From positions 2,194 through 66,193 of the forward strand of contig DATNBZ010000239.1 of assembly GCA_035607285.1 (NCBI GenBank): a stretch of DNA of 64,000 nucleotides, given 5' to 3'. Under the pieces are notes generated by a model. It made no database searches. It had not been told where the DNA came from and worked only from the letters and a program-made list of their open reading frames with translations. This stretch comes from Blastocatellia bacterium. GTDB taxonomy: Bacteria; Acidobacteriota; Blastocatellia; UBA7656. Below are positions 18,464-31,034 of the stretch, one piece after another; position 1 is the first letter of the stretch; each line of letters begins with the position of its first letter. Made by a program: the position numbers and the translations under genes.

Positions 18464-19600
18464 ATGACGAATACACAGGAGATTCTCTCGCACGATGCAC
18501 AACAATTTTCGGAGCCGGCGCGATCCGACCGGAGCTTGAAGTTCGCAGGCAGCAGCGATTTTCAAATCGAGCTTCGACGCCGGATCGATGAGTTCTTCCG
18601 AAGGACCGGACGGCGGCAACGCGATTGCCCGCAGATGTACGTGAAGACCGCGATACTCGTCGTACTCTTCGCAGCGTCTTACGTAATGCTGGTGTTCGTC
18701 GCTCAAGCGTGGTGGCAGGCGCTGCCGCTGGCGATACTGCTTGGATTAATCACCGGAGCAATCGGCTTCAATGTTCAGCACGATGGCAGCCATCACGCGT
18801 ATTCGAACTACGATTGGGTCAACAAAGTGATGGCAATGTCGCTGGATGTGATCGGCGGCAGTTCATACCATTGGTATTGGAAACACATCGTCTACCATCA
18901 CACCTATGTCAACATCACAGGCCACGATACAGACGTCGACATCGGCGGTCTCGGCCGCTTGACACCGCATCACCGGCGGCGATGGTTTTACCGTTTCCAG
19001 CAATTCTACTTCTGGCCGCTGTACGGGTTCATGGCCATCAACTGGCACCTGGTGGGTGATTTCCGAGACGTGATACCGGGACGAATTGGAGAACACAAGC
19101 TTCCACGCCCGAAAGGCTGGGAGTTGGTGGGATTCATCGCCGGCAAAGTGAGTTTCTTCGCACTGGCATTCGGAATCCCGTTTCTCCTGCACCCGATCTG
19201 GGTTGTTGTGTTGTTCTACGGCTTGGCGGCCATGGTGCTCGGCCTCGTGCTGAGCGTTGTATTTCAATTGGCGCATTGCGTGGAGCAAGCCGAGTTTCCG
19301 TTGCCCGGAAAAGACACCGGTAAAATCGAAAACTCGTGGGCAATTCACCAGGTTGAAACCACTGTCGACTTCGCGCGCCGCAGTCGCGTGGCGGCCTGGC
19401 TCCTGGGCGGGTTGAACTTTCAGATCGAACACCATCTGTTTCCCCGAATCTGTCATATTAATTACCCCGCAATCTCGAAAGTGGTCGAGCAGACCTGTCA
19501 GGAGTTCGGCGTCAAGTACAGCGAACATAAGTCCTTCTGGTCAGGGGTTGCGTCGCACTTCCGCTGGTTGCGGCAGATGGGAATGCCGGACACGCCTTGA
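18464..19600 (+). CDS. Acyl-CoA (linoleoyl-CoA-type) fatty acid desaturase
   Basis: His boxes HDGSH, HIVYHH and QIEHH. Confidence 0.92.
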   Translation: MTNTQEILSHDAQQFSEPARSDRSLKFAGSSDFQIELRRRIDEFFRRTGRRQRDCPQMYVKTAILVVLFAASYVMLVFVAQAWWQALPLAILLGLITGAIGFNVQHDGSHHAYSNYDWVNKVMAMSLDVIGGSSYHWYWKHIVYHHTYVNITGHDTDVDIGGLGRLTPHHRRRWFYRFQQFYFWPLYGFMAINWHLVGDFRDVIPGRIGEHKLPRPKGWELVGFIAGKVSFFALAFGIPFLLHPIWVVVLFYGLAAMVLGLVLSVVFQLAHCVEQAEFPLPGKDTGKIENSWAIHQVETTVDFARRSRVAAWLLGGLNFQIEHHLFPRICHINYPAISKVVEQTCQEFGVKYSEHKSFWSGVASHFRWLRQMGMPDTP

Positions 19601-19617
19601 GAGCCTAATCTCGAGAC

Positions 19618-19660
19618 TGTTCAATACTGGACGGAAGAGGATTCAGTAAAGGCGTATACT
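19618..19660 (+). promoter_or_regulatory. Putative Crp-paralog box plus -10
   Basis: TGTTC-aatact-GGACG at 19618-19633; TATACT at 19655. Confidence 0.7.
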
Positions 19661-19686
19661 GGTGTTGATACAGATAGAGGGAAACT

Positions 19687-19917
19687 ATGAGAAAAAGCAA
19701 CGCCCGACTAAGACTTATTGCTGAGAGTACCATACCGTCCACCCGATTCACTGACACGGCCGGTAACCCAAGCGAAAGTTATCACTGGGGTCACATGGCA
19801 GCGGTTCGCCGCGAATGGCAACACGAGTTCTGGCTCCCGTATGTGAATGATGTTGACTTTCCGCTGTCCGAAATCATGAGCATTGAAACTCGAGTGAGAA
19901 GGGAGCTCTATCCATGA
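19687..19917 (+). CDS. Hypothetical protein
   Basis: GAGGG RBS; ATGA overlap with the CarD-like gene. Confidence 0.55.
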   Translation: MRKSNARLRLIAESTIPSTRFTDTAGNPSESYHWGHMAAVRREWQHEFWLPYVNDVDFPLSEIMSIETRVRRELYP

Positions 19918-20474
19918 GCGCTCCAGGATTAGAACCGAGCCCTTCGCCTCATCAGAGCGCGAGTCAGGCGCCGCTGGCCGCCGGGACGAAGGCTATCTAT
20001 CCGGGTCAGGGGCCTTGCCGGATTGGCCGGGTCGTCAATAGAGATGTTGATGGAGTGGGCGTGATGTTCTACCACTTGATCATTCTGGACGACAACGGCG
20101 GCGAGTTATTCATCCCGGTAGAAAAAGCGCGGGCCATCGGTGTCCGGCTGCTGATGAAGAAGTCGGAGGTCCCGAGACTCCTGGCTCATTTCAAGAAGAG
20201 TGCCAAGGCGGCCGATAATTGGAAGCAGCGAGCGATCGACAACAATAAATTGTTCACGTCTGGATCGCCATTTGACCTTGCTGAGATCGTTGCCTCTTTG
20301 ACCGAGTTGAGCGGTACGAGGTCTTTGACACTTGGTGAATCCGGGACGCTTGACCGGGCGAGGAGGCTTCTGATTTCTGAAATCTCCGAAGTGATGGGCG
20401 AGACAAGGACAGAAGCGGCGGAACAAGTAGACCAGGCCCTGAAGAGCGCTAACAAAGGGAATAAGAGTGGGTAA
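19914..20474 (+). CDS. CarD family transcriptional regulator
   Basis: IYPGQGPCRI...FIPV...GVR...NWKQR...AEIV...ARRLLISEIS. Confidence 0.88.
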   Translation: MSAPGLEPSPSPHQSASQAPLAAGTKAIYPGQGPCRIGRVVNRDVDGVGVMFYHLIILDDNGGELFIPVEKARAIGVRLLMKKSEVPRLLAHFKKSAKAADNWKQRAIDNNKLFTSGSPFDLAEIVASLTELSGTRSLTLGESGTLDRARRLLISEISEVMGETRTEAAEQVDQALKSANKGNKSG

Positions 20475-20861
20475 TGTAACCGGACGAAGCGGTAAACAAT
20501 CCGACCGGTTGAATCAAGAACCAACAGTGGAAGACTTAGACGATAGGCATCTTCAATTGACGTGTTATTGATGTTGTTACGAACCGCGGGAGAGGCCGTG
20601 GGGACGGCCTTTCCTTGACCATCCGGCCTCCAGAGTATAATCTTGATGGGTCTGTAATACAGCAGAAAGCCATCCGGTCTAAGTGGTAGCCGGGATGACT
20701 CCACGAAATGCCACTTGTGGAGTTCCCAATGCCGGCGCCGGCCAATCAACCTCAATCACAGTTGCGAATCCGCATCTCCATCGGCGCGTAGCCGCCGATC
20801 TTGATTTTGAATTGATGACGGCAAGTGCGGACAAGCGCAGCGGGTCGTTCCGCTTAAAAGG

Positions 20862-21143
20862 GTGGCACGTCCTCCGAAGGGCTACGTATCTATGATGACG
20901 AGTCTGGTTGACATTGCTCAAGCGGAAAGCCGGCTTGCTTCAGGTGAGCAGGCTTACGCGTTTGAGATTAGCGACCGAGCGACGATGGTCGGGCCAGCCT
21001 GCGGATTTGGATCGGATTATCTTCGTCACCTCCGCGCGGAAGGCCGCTATGCGGAGACTCTCGAAGAGGCGACTCGAGTCGCCGTAGCAAGGGGCGCGAC
21101 AATAACCGGAATCTGGTTTGTGAAGACGGTTACTGAAGCTTAG
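20862..21143 (+). CDS. Hypothetical protein
   Basis: 93-aa ORF, codirectional with neighbours. Confidence 0.5.
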   Translation: MARPPKGYVSMMTSLVDIAQAESRLASGEQAYAFEISDRATMVGPACGFGSDYLRHLRAEGRYAETLEEATRVAVARGATITGIWFVKTVTEA

Positions 21144-21186
21144 AGCGCCCCAAGTATCGAGTCAGGTATCGAGTTAGGAATAGACA

Positions 21187-22131
21187 GTGAAATCAACGCA
21201 ATTGCTAAATGAACGTCCGTGGACGCTACCGTGGTGGAAACACTCCGCGGGGAACGGCCCCGTTCTATTCTATATTGTTATCGTTCACCTGCTGGCGGTT
21301 CTGGGACTAATTCTGTTCCCGCTGCCGACCTGGCGGGTGCTTGCGGTCACTCTTATTGTGACTTCAATCGGTGGAATCGGAACATCTGTCTGTTATCACC
21401 GAAGCCTGGCGCACCGCTCGCTGCGGTTGAATCGAGTTGTTGAAAACATTCTCATCTTTTTCACGATCTTCAACGCCTCCGGTGAGCCGATGTCCTGGGT
21501 GGCGAATCACAGGCAACATCATTCCAAGGCTGATACCGCGGAGGATGTGTCGAGTCCGCGATACGGAGGCTTCTGGTGGGCGCACATTCGATGGGTCTAT
21601 CAGTGGTCCGGTTCTGAGGTCGGACGGTGGTGCCCCGACCTGGACAACCGAAGATATCGAGTGTGGCGCAGAGTACAAATTCCAATAATCGTTCTCTCCG
21701 TGTGCGCCGGTTTCGCTTTAGGCTGGCAAGCTTTCTTCTGGATTGGCGCGATCCGATTAGTGTATGCGCTACACTTTCAGATGTTCGTGAACAGCTTGCT
21801 TCACATGACGCCTGGCCTGCCCGAAGGGGTGGACTCGAGCCGGAACATCTGGTGGCTGGGACCGCTCCAGTTCGGAGCCTGGGGAGAAAACTGGCACAAG
21901 AATCATCACTCGGATGCAAATGCGGCTCGCTTTGGCCACAGATGGTGGCAGATTGATGTTGGATGGTACGTGATCGAGGCGTTAAAGCTGCTCGGACTCG
22001 CCAGCGACATTAAGACGCCAAGAAATAAACTTAGAAACAAACTTAGCGCTAATGCAAGAAGGGCCGGGACGCCGCAGGGCGCGGCCTTTGAACGTCCACT
22101 AGCCATACCCATTTTGAAGGACGCTGAATGA
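21187..22131 (+). CDS. Delta-9-type acyl-CoA fatty acid desaturase
   Basis: HRSLAH, HRQHH and HKNHH His boxes. Confidence 0.9.
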   Translation: MKSTQLLNERPWTLPWWKHSAGNGPVLFYIVIVHLLAVLGLILFPLPTWRVLAVTLIVTSIGGIGTSVCYHRSLAHRSLRLNRVVENILIFFTIFNASGEPMSWVANHRQHHSKADTAEDVSSPRYGGFWWAHIRWVYQWSGSEVGRWCPDLDNRRYRVWRRVQIPIIVLSVCAGFALGWQAFFWIGAIRLVYALHFQMFVNSLLHMTPGLPEGVDSSRNIWWLGPLQFGAWGENWHKNHHSDANAARFGHRWWQIDVGWYVIEALKLLGLASDIKTPRNKLRNKLSANARRAGTPQGAAFERPLAIPILKDAE

Positions 22132-22385
22132 CCACGCTAGACCAGCAAGTGCTTCAGACTATTTTGCGCGAGATTGACTCCCGGCTTAGCCAGGGATTTC
22201 TGCCTGTGCACAACGGCCATTTGCAGGAGGTTTCTCAAAAAGAGGAAACGCTGGAATACCTGCTCTTGATGAAGAAAGAGGGGTTGATCAGCGGAGACTT
22301 GATCACAAAGGGCGCCAATAGCACCCCTTACCGGATGACCAATATCAGGCTGACATATCTAGGAATTCGAGTGCTACGGTCCTAG
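22128..22385 (+). CDS. Small winged-helix-like (DUF2513/YjcQ-like) protein
   Basis: EYLLLMKKEGLI...RLTYLG pattern; ATGA overlap. Confidence 0.55.
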   Translation: MTTLDQQVLQTILREIDSRLSQGFLPVHNGHLQEVSQKEETLEYLLLMKKEGLISGDLITKGANSTPYRMTNIRLTYLGIRVLRS

Positions 22386-22426
22386 CGTGACGCCTATATC
22401 CGCAATGCAAAAGGGAGACTATTACG

Positions 22427-22930
22427 ATGCCCAAACACTCAACCGCCAAAGAACTGCGAGTGCCCGACGGACAGGAGCGATTCGCGACCAGATCCGAACG
22501 TGACGAGATCGCTCGGCGACTCGATGGTCAATTGACTGGTCCGTTGGCCAGCACTTCGGACCGGCGCGAATGCGGCGACGAAGTCAATCGGTTTCTGCTC
22601 TGCAAGCTTGTCAACGATGCTTCAAAGCAAATAAAAGCAAACGCAGAGAGGTCGGGCGAAACACTTCCGATGACGATGATCGTTAGAGGTGTTCTGCGCT
22701 CCTTCAGGCTTGCGGCAATGGACAAAGATGGGCCGCTGGTTGGGTCGGTGTTGGATATGCCGGCACTTACGACCTTGAACTCCAAAGTCCTCCAAAGCGA
22801 GATCGCGCGTTATGATCGAGCGAGGGCAAAGAGAAATGAGGCGAAAAATTCGCGCGCCGAGCGGCCCAACGAGAACACGGGAGCTGTTGAAACCGCTATT
22901 AAGTGGCGCGAGCGGCTTGCGGATGCATAA
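22427..22930 (+). CDS. Hypothetical protein
   Basis: GGGAG RBS; 167 aa. Confidence 0.6.
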   Translation: MPKHSTAKELRVPDGQERFATRSERDEIARRLDGQLTGPLASTSDRRECGDEVNRFLLCKLVNDASKQIKANAERSGETLPMTMIVRGVLRSFRLAAMDKDGPLVGSVLDMPALTTLNSKVLQSEIARYDRARAKRNEAKNSRAERPNENTGAVETAIKWRERLADA

Positions 22931-22987
22931 GACAGGAAGAAATATGAAAGCCCGGTCTCTCAATCCGGGAATGCATTCACATCCTGA

Positions 22988-23530
22988 ATGGAGCGAACTA
23001 TGAAAATGAAGATGGGCGACGTCCTTGTGTACAAGGATTCTGAGATGTCGGCGCGGTACGGGACCGGAGTCGTAACCGCAATCACAAATGAAGAGTATTC
23101 AATTCTCTGGTCCGGGCGCGGGTTGACTAAGTACAGGCGCGCGATCCTGGACGACAAACTCGAAGATATCTTTCAACGAGGAGAGAAACAAACCGGCCTT
23201 CCCAAAGAACGGCATTTACATCTGGGGCCGTCCAAGATCGGCGTAGCATTCAATGAGAATTACGATCGCGCAAGACTTGAAGTGCTTTGTGACCAACTGA
23301 AGACTTCCGGAGCGCGCAAAGCGAAGGACGTTGCAGAAGGGCTGGCGGTAGAGTTGTTCACGAAGAAGCTTGCGTTGCGCGGAGCTGCAAAGAACGTACT
23401 CTTGCAGCTCGCCGAATTGTGCAGCGCTCGCAGCGGGGCCAGTGATGAGGCTCAGAACATATCCAAAGAACTGTTCTTCGGTTACGTGCTGAGGAAATCG
23501 GATTTTGCGGCGGTCGAGACTGAAAAATGA
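22988..23530 (+). CDS. Hypothetical protein with an SH3-like N-terminus
   Basis: MGDVLV...YGTGVVT...YSILW. Confidence 0.65.
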   Translation: MERTMKMKMGDVLVYKDSEMSARYGTGVVTAITNEEYSILWSGRGLTKYRRAILDDKLEDIFQRGEKQTGLPKERHLHLGPSKIGVAFNENYDRARLEVLCDQLKTSGARKAKDVAEGLAVELFTKKLALRGAAKNVLLQLAELCSARSGASDEAQNISKELFFGYVLRKSDFAAVETEK

Positions 23531-23538
23531 GGTTCGAT

Positions 23539-23826
23539 CTAAGACTCGTTTGCTACTAGAGCTTCCGTCTGGGCGGCGAGTATCGACGAACGAATCTTCT
23601 CTTCGCGCCTCGCAATAACTTTGATCTTTTTTAGCTCTGTTCCTTTGACGCCGAAGAACGTCGCCATCTCGATGATTTGGCCGGCGCCCTTGAAGTCTTT
23701 CGGGTCCGCGCAGAATTTTTCTATCCCCGGATCAAACTCACGGCATCCCATGGACTTTGGCAGGTTCAGACCGAACGCGCATTCGGCGTTATTGCGGTAC
23801 TGCAAACAGAATTCACAAATTAACAT
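23539..23826 (-). CDS. Small Cys-rich hypothetical protein
   Basis: CxxC...C...C...C; GGGG RBS-like element. Confidence 0.65.
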   Translation of the reverse strand: MLICEFCLQYRNNAECAFGLNLPKSMGCREFDPGIEKFCADPKDFKGAGQIIEMATFFGVKGTELKKIKVIARREEKIRSSILAAQTEALVANES

Positions 23827-24113
23827 CTAACAATAATCCCCTGGCGGTCATCCTCGCAGTAATAGAACCGGCGGTTCCAACCCTCGCCGCACCGCAAACG
23901 CTGTTATAGAAGTTTGGGGAGCGCTTCGTGTGAGGCCCCGGAAAACCGGGAAACCACCGGCAAGCAGAATGAGGCAGCGTGCCCGATTCCCTGAAACCGT
24001 AACGCGAGCACATCGGATTTGTCAACGTGAGATGCTTTGCACCTCAGATGCTTTACGCCATTTCACCCGCTTAGTTTGACAACGTTCGCAACGATGAGAT
24101 AGGCTGAAAGCCC

Positions 24114-26587
<2,474 letters not shown>

Positions 26588-26605
26588 TACTCAGTCACCC
26601 TCAAG

Positions 26606-27439
26606 GTGATTGCCCTTACAGGACTTAATCAAGACGACCAGTTCCTGGAGGCTGATTTGTTTGCGATTCGTTTGATTCCATTGGCCGCGCTCGCCGTGCT
26701 TCTGTTTCTGCCGCCTCGCGCAAACGCGCAAGACCTCTTCGAAATACAGGTCTACCCATACGACACCGTTGAGCCTCGGCACACGATGGTCGAGTTCCAT
26801 ATGAATTACTTTCCAAGTGGAACGAAAACTACCGAGAACGGTGAGTTGCCGAACAATCATCAATTCCACTTCACGGTGGAGGTGACTCACGGGCTGACAA
26901 AGCACTTCGAGCTGGCAGGCTATCTGGTTACGGCGATCGTACCCGACGTCGGGCCAAAGTTTGCGGGGGCGAGAATCCGGCCGCGCTTTCGCTTGCCGGA
27001 GGAGTGGCGCTTGCCGTTCAAGATCAGCATCAGCACCGAGCTGGGCTTCAATAAACATCAGTTCGATCCAAACACGATCACGCTGGAGATTCGTCCGATT
27101 TTGGAGAAGGAGTTCGGCAAATGGTACCTATCTCTCAATCCCGACTTCAGCAAGTCGCTTCGAGGACCGGACTCGCATCGAGGATTCGAGTTCGAGCCGG
27201 GGGTCAAGGTCTCATACGCGGTCACCAAAAAACTAGAGCCGGGTGTCGAGTACTACGCAGCCACGGGTCCGGTGACTAACTTTGAAACGCCGCACGATCA
27301 ACACCACCTGATCTTTGAGACTCTTGATGTCAACGCAGGGCCGGACTGGGAATTGAATTTCGGAGTAGGGCGCGGGCTGACCGGCACAAGCGAGCGCTGG
27401 GTTGTGAAGTGGATCATCGGGTACCGGTTCAAGTTTTGA
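26606..27439 (+). CDS. Putative outer-membrane beta-barrel protein
   Basis: Signal peptide, alternating beta-strands, C-terminal YRFKF; start uncertain. Confidence 0.65.
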   Translation: MIALTGLNQDDQFLEADLFAIRLIPLAALAVLLFLPPRANAQDLFEIQVYPYDTVEPRHTMVEFHMNYFPSGTKTTENGELPNNHQFHFTVEVTHGLTKHFELAGYLVTAIVPDVGPKFAGARIRPRFRLPEEWRLPFKISISTELGFNKHQFDPNTITLEIRPILEKEFGKWYLSLNPDFSKSLRGPDSHRGFEFEPGVKVSYAVTKKLEPGVEYYAATGPVTNFETPHDQHHLIFETLDVNAGPDWELNFGVGRGLTGTSERWVVKWIIGYRFKF

Positions 27440-27602
27440 GATTGCTGCTCTGCGTCCTCGGCGTCATCTGCGGTTTTCTCGACCAGTGGTGCAAAACAAC
27501 CGCAGAGGACGCCGAGGACGCAGAGGTTTGTTTCTCGCAACACGACGTGCGCTATCAAGTAGTCTACTCAGGCGCGATGGTTTGATATACTCTGTAGCTG
27601 TA

Positions 27603-27782
27603 ATGAACGCCTGTTCGCAGTGCAATAATTCATCCAGCGTATCCCGCGTATTGAAGTGCGCGCTATGCTTCAAGCCTGTCTGCGAGAAGTGCGCGACAAG
27701 GCGTTATGCGCAAATCTTCTGCTCGCATGTTTGCGCGCAATCGTTCTTTCTCGTCGGCCAGGATGAGTCAGCAATGGAATGA
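27603..27782 (+). CDS. Small zinc-finger-like protein
   Basis: 59 aa with CxxC, CxxC, CxxC and CSxxC. Confidence 0.65.
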   Translation: MNACSQCNNSSSVSRVLKCALCFKPVCEKCATRRYAQIFCSHVCAQSFFLVGQDESAME

Positions 27783-27808
27783 CGTTTTTCTGAACCGGAG
27801 TAGAAGCA

Positions 27809-28777
27809 ATGGATCTGATTGAACGACCCAGGAGGTTGCGGCGCACGGAGGCGATTCGCGCTCTCGTGCGTGAAACCCGATTATCGCCGGATGATTTCGT
27901 CTACCCTCTGTTCGTCTGCGAAGGCGAAGGAGTGCGTCGCGAAATATCGTCGATGCCCGGCGTATGCAATCTGTCGCTTGACGAGCTTGTTAAGGAAGTC
28001 GAGGCGGCTCGCGCAACCGGCGTGCGGTCCGTGATCCTGTTCGGCGTGCCCGACAAAAAAGATGCCGCGGGCACTCAGGCTTATGCGGAGGACGGCATAA
28101 CTCAACGAGCGATTCGAGCGATCAAGCGCGAAGTCAAGGACACGCTGGTCATCGCCGACAACTGCCTTTGTGAATATACCGATCACGGCCATTGCGGCGT
28201 GATCGAAGCCGGAGAAGTTCTGAACGACCCTTCGGTCGAATTGCTGGCTCGAACGGCGGTGTCTCAAGCCGAAGCGGGCGCCGACATCATAGCGCCGTCG
28301 AACATGATGGACGGATTCGTAGCCGCGATTCGTGAAGCTCTCGACGCGTCCGGGTTCGAGCAGATCCCGATCATGTCTTATGCGGTCAAGTATGCATCGG
28401 GGTTTTACGGACCGTTTCGCGAGGCGGCGCAGTCCGCTCCTCAGTTTGGCGACCGGCGCGGATACCAGATGGACCCGGCCAACGCGCGAGAGGCGATGCG
28501 TGAAGCCGAGCTTGATTTCGGACAGGGCGCGGATATGCTGATGGTGAAACCGGCGCTCCCTTATCTCGATATCATTCGCGCGGTTCGTGAGCGGTTCGAT
28601 GTGCCGGTCGCGGCTTATCAAGTGTCCGGTGAATACTCGATGATCAAAGCCGCGGCCAAGCTTGGCTGGATCGACGAGGAGCGCGTCGCAATGGAAGCGC
28701 TTACTTCGATCAAGCGCGCCGGCGCGAATATTATTCTTACGTACTACGCTCGCGAGATCGCCGCACGGCTTGGATAA
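27809..28777 (+). CDS. hemB: Porphobilinogen synthase
   Basis: [37 protein letters not shown]. Confidence 0.98.
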   Translation: MDLIERPRRLRRTEAIRALVRETRLSPDDFVYPLFVCEGEGVRREISSMPGVCNLSLDELVKEVEAARATGVRSVILFGVPDKKDAAGTQAYAEDGITQRAIRAIKREVKDTLVIADNCLCEYTDHGHCGVIEAGEVLNDPSVELLARTAVSQAEAGADIIAPSNMMDGFVAAIREALDASGFEQIPIMSYAVKYASGFYGPFREAAQSAPQFGDRRGYQMDPANAREAMREAELDFGQGADMLMVKPALPYLDIIRAVRERFDVPVAAYQVSGEYSMIKAAAKLGWIDEERVAMEALTSIKRAGANIILTYYAREIAARLG

Positions 28778-28967
28778 ATCTTGGGTGTAAGGTGTAAGTA
28801 GGGAAAAGCCCCCGAACCTTGCCTGCTTAATTTAGCGTTGAGCCTTCAGGCCTTAGCCGAGAATGAGCCTGTAGCGAAGACGGCAAACATTGAGCTTTCC
28901 GGCTTGCGCTACAGGCAGACTTCCAGACCCCTGGGTGCCCGGCCCAAGGGGTTCAATTCAGCCCTAC

Positions 28968-29597
28968 TCATTGGTTGGTCGCCTGCATGCAGGCGCATAG
29001 CGGCGTCGCGTCAATATAGAAGTAGGCCTTCTCAAAGAAGACTGACTGACCATTCGTCGAGGCGAGCCTGATCTTAAATGTGTGAGCGCCTGTACCGAGC
29101 TTTACGCACCAAGTGTAGTAGATGCCGTTGTCGTGCATATCGCCGTTGCCTCCACCGCCATCGCCACCAGACATGCCGCCGTTATAGGTGACGTCGTAGT
29201 TGAAGTGCTTCTGTGCGGTGAGCCATCCCGTCGGCAGACTTTCTGCTTGACCAGCCTCAGGGTTGAAGGGCAGCTCAGAGGATGCATTTGTATAGGTGGC
29301 ACTGAGCAGAAGGCCCGCGCCGAAGTGAGTGTCGCCTGTTGCCGAAATGGTCAGGTACACCGTCATGGTACTCGAGGGTACGAATACCGTCTTTTGGTAG
29401 ACAACACTTCCACCTAACCCGCCCGCCGCAGGCGCGGACGACGACATAGCTTCACCTTCATTCCAGTATCTGTACTCCGCTGAGAGGCGGGTCAAGTTTG
29501 CCTGGGCCTGTGCGGTCGGTATGCGCATACCCAGCGGGAAGAGAAACGTAACTACCGCCATGAACATTATCAAAGTGGGTGCAAATCGGTTTTTCAT
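28968..29597 (-). CDS. Secreted hypothetical protein
   Basis: AAGGAG RBS, signal peptide, GDGGGGNGDMHDN motif. Confidence 0.7.
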   Translation of the reverse strand: MKNRFAPTLIMFMAVVTFLFPLGMRIPTAQAQANLTRLSAEYRYWNEGEAMSSSAPAAGGLGGSVVYQKTVFVPSSTMTVYLTISATGDTHFGAGLLLSATYTNASSELPFNPEAGQAESLPTGWLTAQKHFNYDVTYNGGMSGGDGGGGNGDMHDNGIYYTWCVKLGTGAHTFKIRLASTNGQSVFFEKAYFYIDATPLCACMQATNQ

Positions 29598-29673
29598 TTC
29601 CTGTCTCCTTGTTAAGTCGCGCTAATGCCAAGCGCGGTTGAGGCTAACGTTAATCGGTGGTCTGAGCCTCGAT

Positions 29674-30597
29674 TCACGGCTGGTGAGGCTTGACCTGTTG
29701 TTGGGAGGGCTTGTTCGCCGAGGGCGGCCGGTTAACCTTTTTCAATCGGTCGAGAATCTCCTGGGCTTTTGCTTGAACAACTGCGCTTGGATCGCTCAGC
29801 ATCATCTCGGCGATCTGCGCGGCTTCCGGTTGGTTTGCCATCGCGTCCAGGGCCAGGAACCTGACGTCCGCCGACTGATCGTTAAGCATCAGATCGCGCA
29901 GAAAATCTGCTGGGATCTCCAGCCCCTTATTTGCTGCCAGGTAAAGAGTCTGTGCCCGAACCGTATCGTCGACATCATGAAGAGCCTTGAGGACCGGTCC
30001 CATCGCTTTATCGCGCTTACGGTCAATGAGAGACTCGATGGCCCGAGACCTCACTTGCGGGTCTGGGTCCGCCAGCATTGGCTCAAGTTCTTTGGTGCTG
30101 GCCCACAGCTCAGGCGGAACCGGCGCATAGCCCTGGGCCTTACCCCTGGGGTAAACCCAAACTACCTTCAGCGCAGCCGGGCCTTCTTTATCTGCGCCAT
30201 AGAAGAAAAAGGCATCATAGTCTTTCAGTATTTGCCGGAGTCCTTCTTCCAGCATGACGTCTTGAAAGCTTATTGAAGCTCGCTCTTCTCCGACGCCAGT
30301 GGCCATCACGATTGCCACTGGAGCCTCCCTTGAAATTTCTTCCAGAATCCCCGCTACCGTACGGTTCAAGGCGCCGACGCTCAATCGACCGTTCTTGAAG
30401 CTGACGAGCCGAGGCTTAGCACGACTGGTAGTCGCAACGGATTCCTTTGGAGCGGGACTGACGGGCGGAGCAGAATTCTTATGGGTGTGCTTTATTGCGG
30501 GAGGTCGGCGTCCATTCTGTGTCTTCACGATAGAAGGAGCCACAACAAACACCGTGAGCAACAAACCGCCAACGCCGAGCATTCTTTGAATCAACAT
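29674..30597 (-). CDS. Secreted HEAT-repeat protein with a secretin N-domain-like region
   Basis: DPDPQVRSRA / DVDDTVRAQT repeats; AAGGAG RBS. Confidence 0.8.
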   Translation of the reverse strand: MLIQRMLGVGGLLLTVFVVAPSIVKTQNGRRPPAIKHTHKNSAPPVSPAPKESVATTSRAKPRLVSFKNGRLSVGALNRTVAGILEEISREAPVAIVMATGVGEERASISFQDVMLEEGLRQILKDYDAFFFYGADKEGPAALKVVWVYPRGKAQGYAPVPPELWASTKELEPMLADPDPQVRSRAIESLIDRKRDKAMGPVLKALHDVDDTVRAQTLYLAANKGLEIPADFLRDLMLNDQSADVRFLALDAMANQPEAAQIAEMMLSDPSAVVQAKAQEILDRLKKVNRPPSANKPSQQQVKPHQP

Positions 30598-31034
30598 GCT
30601 CTTCTCCTTTTTTTGGTGCAGCGATCACTAGGTGAATCCGAAATAAGTTGATCTATCAACTTACTGTCGCTAGACGTTTCTTCACGTTAATTGTCGTTCG
30701 GTTATTCTCCTTACATAGTCATGACGTAAAGAATGAGAGATATGCTGCAAAAGAAATAAAATTTATTTACCGCTATTCAGATGTGCTCAATCATTGGCGC
30801 GGTTTGGATCGTTGGTGATGTCGCTTCGTTTGTCGGTTGGGATTTGATACCGGTCGATCACTCATTCTACCGCTGAGCGATTGACAGGGCGATTAGGGAA
30901 ATGGCAAAGAGCGCGGAGTCCTCTCCTGGATAAAAACAGCATGCGTTGCCCGGCCGGCTCGCGTACGCGCAGACACCCAAAAAAAGGGCTTGCTCGTGAG
31001 AGCAAGCCCTTCGAAATAGTGAATCCACCTTTGT

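Noticed and set aside
23900-23995. SRP RNA or SAM-I riboswitch
   Set aside because: Lacks the SRP helix-8 CAGG-GNRA-AGCAG arrangement and the SAM-I core; kept only as a possible structured leader.
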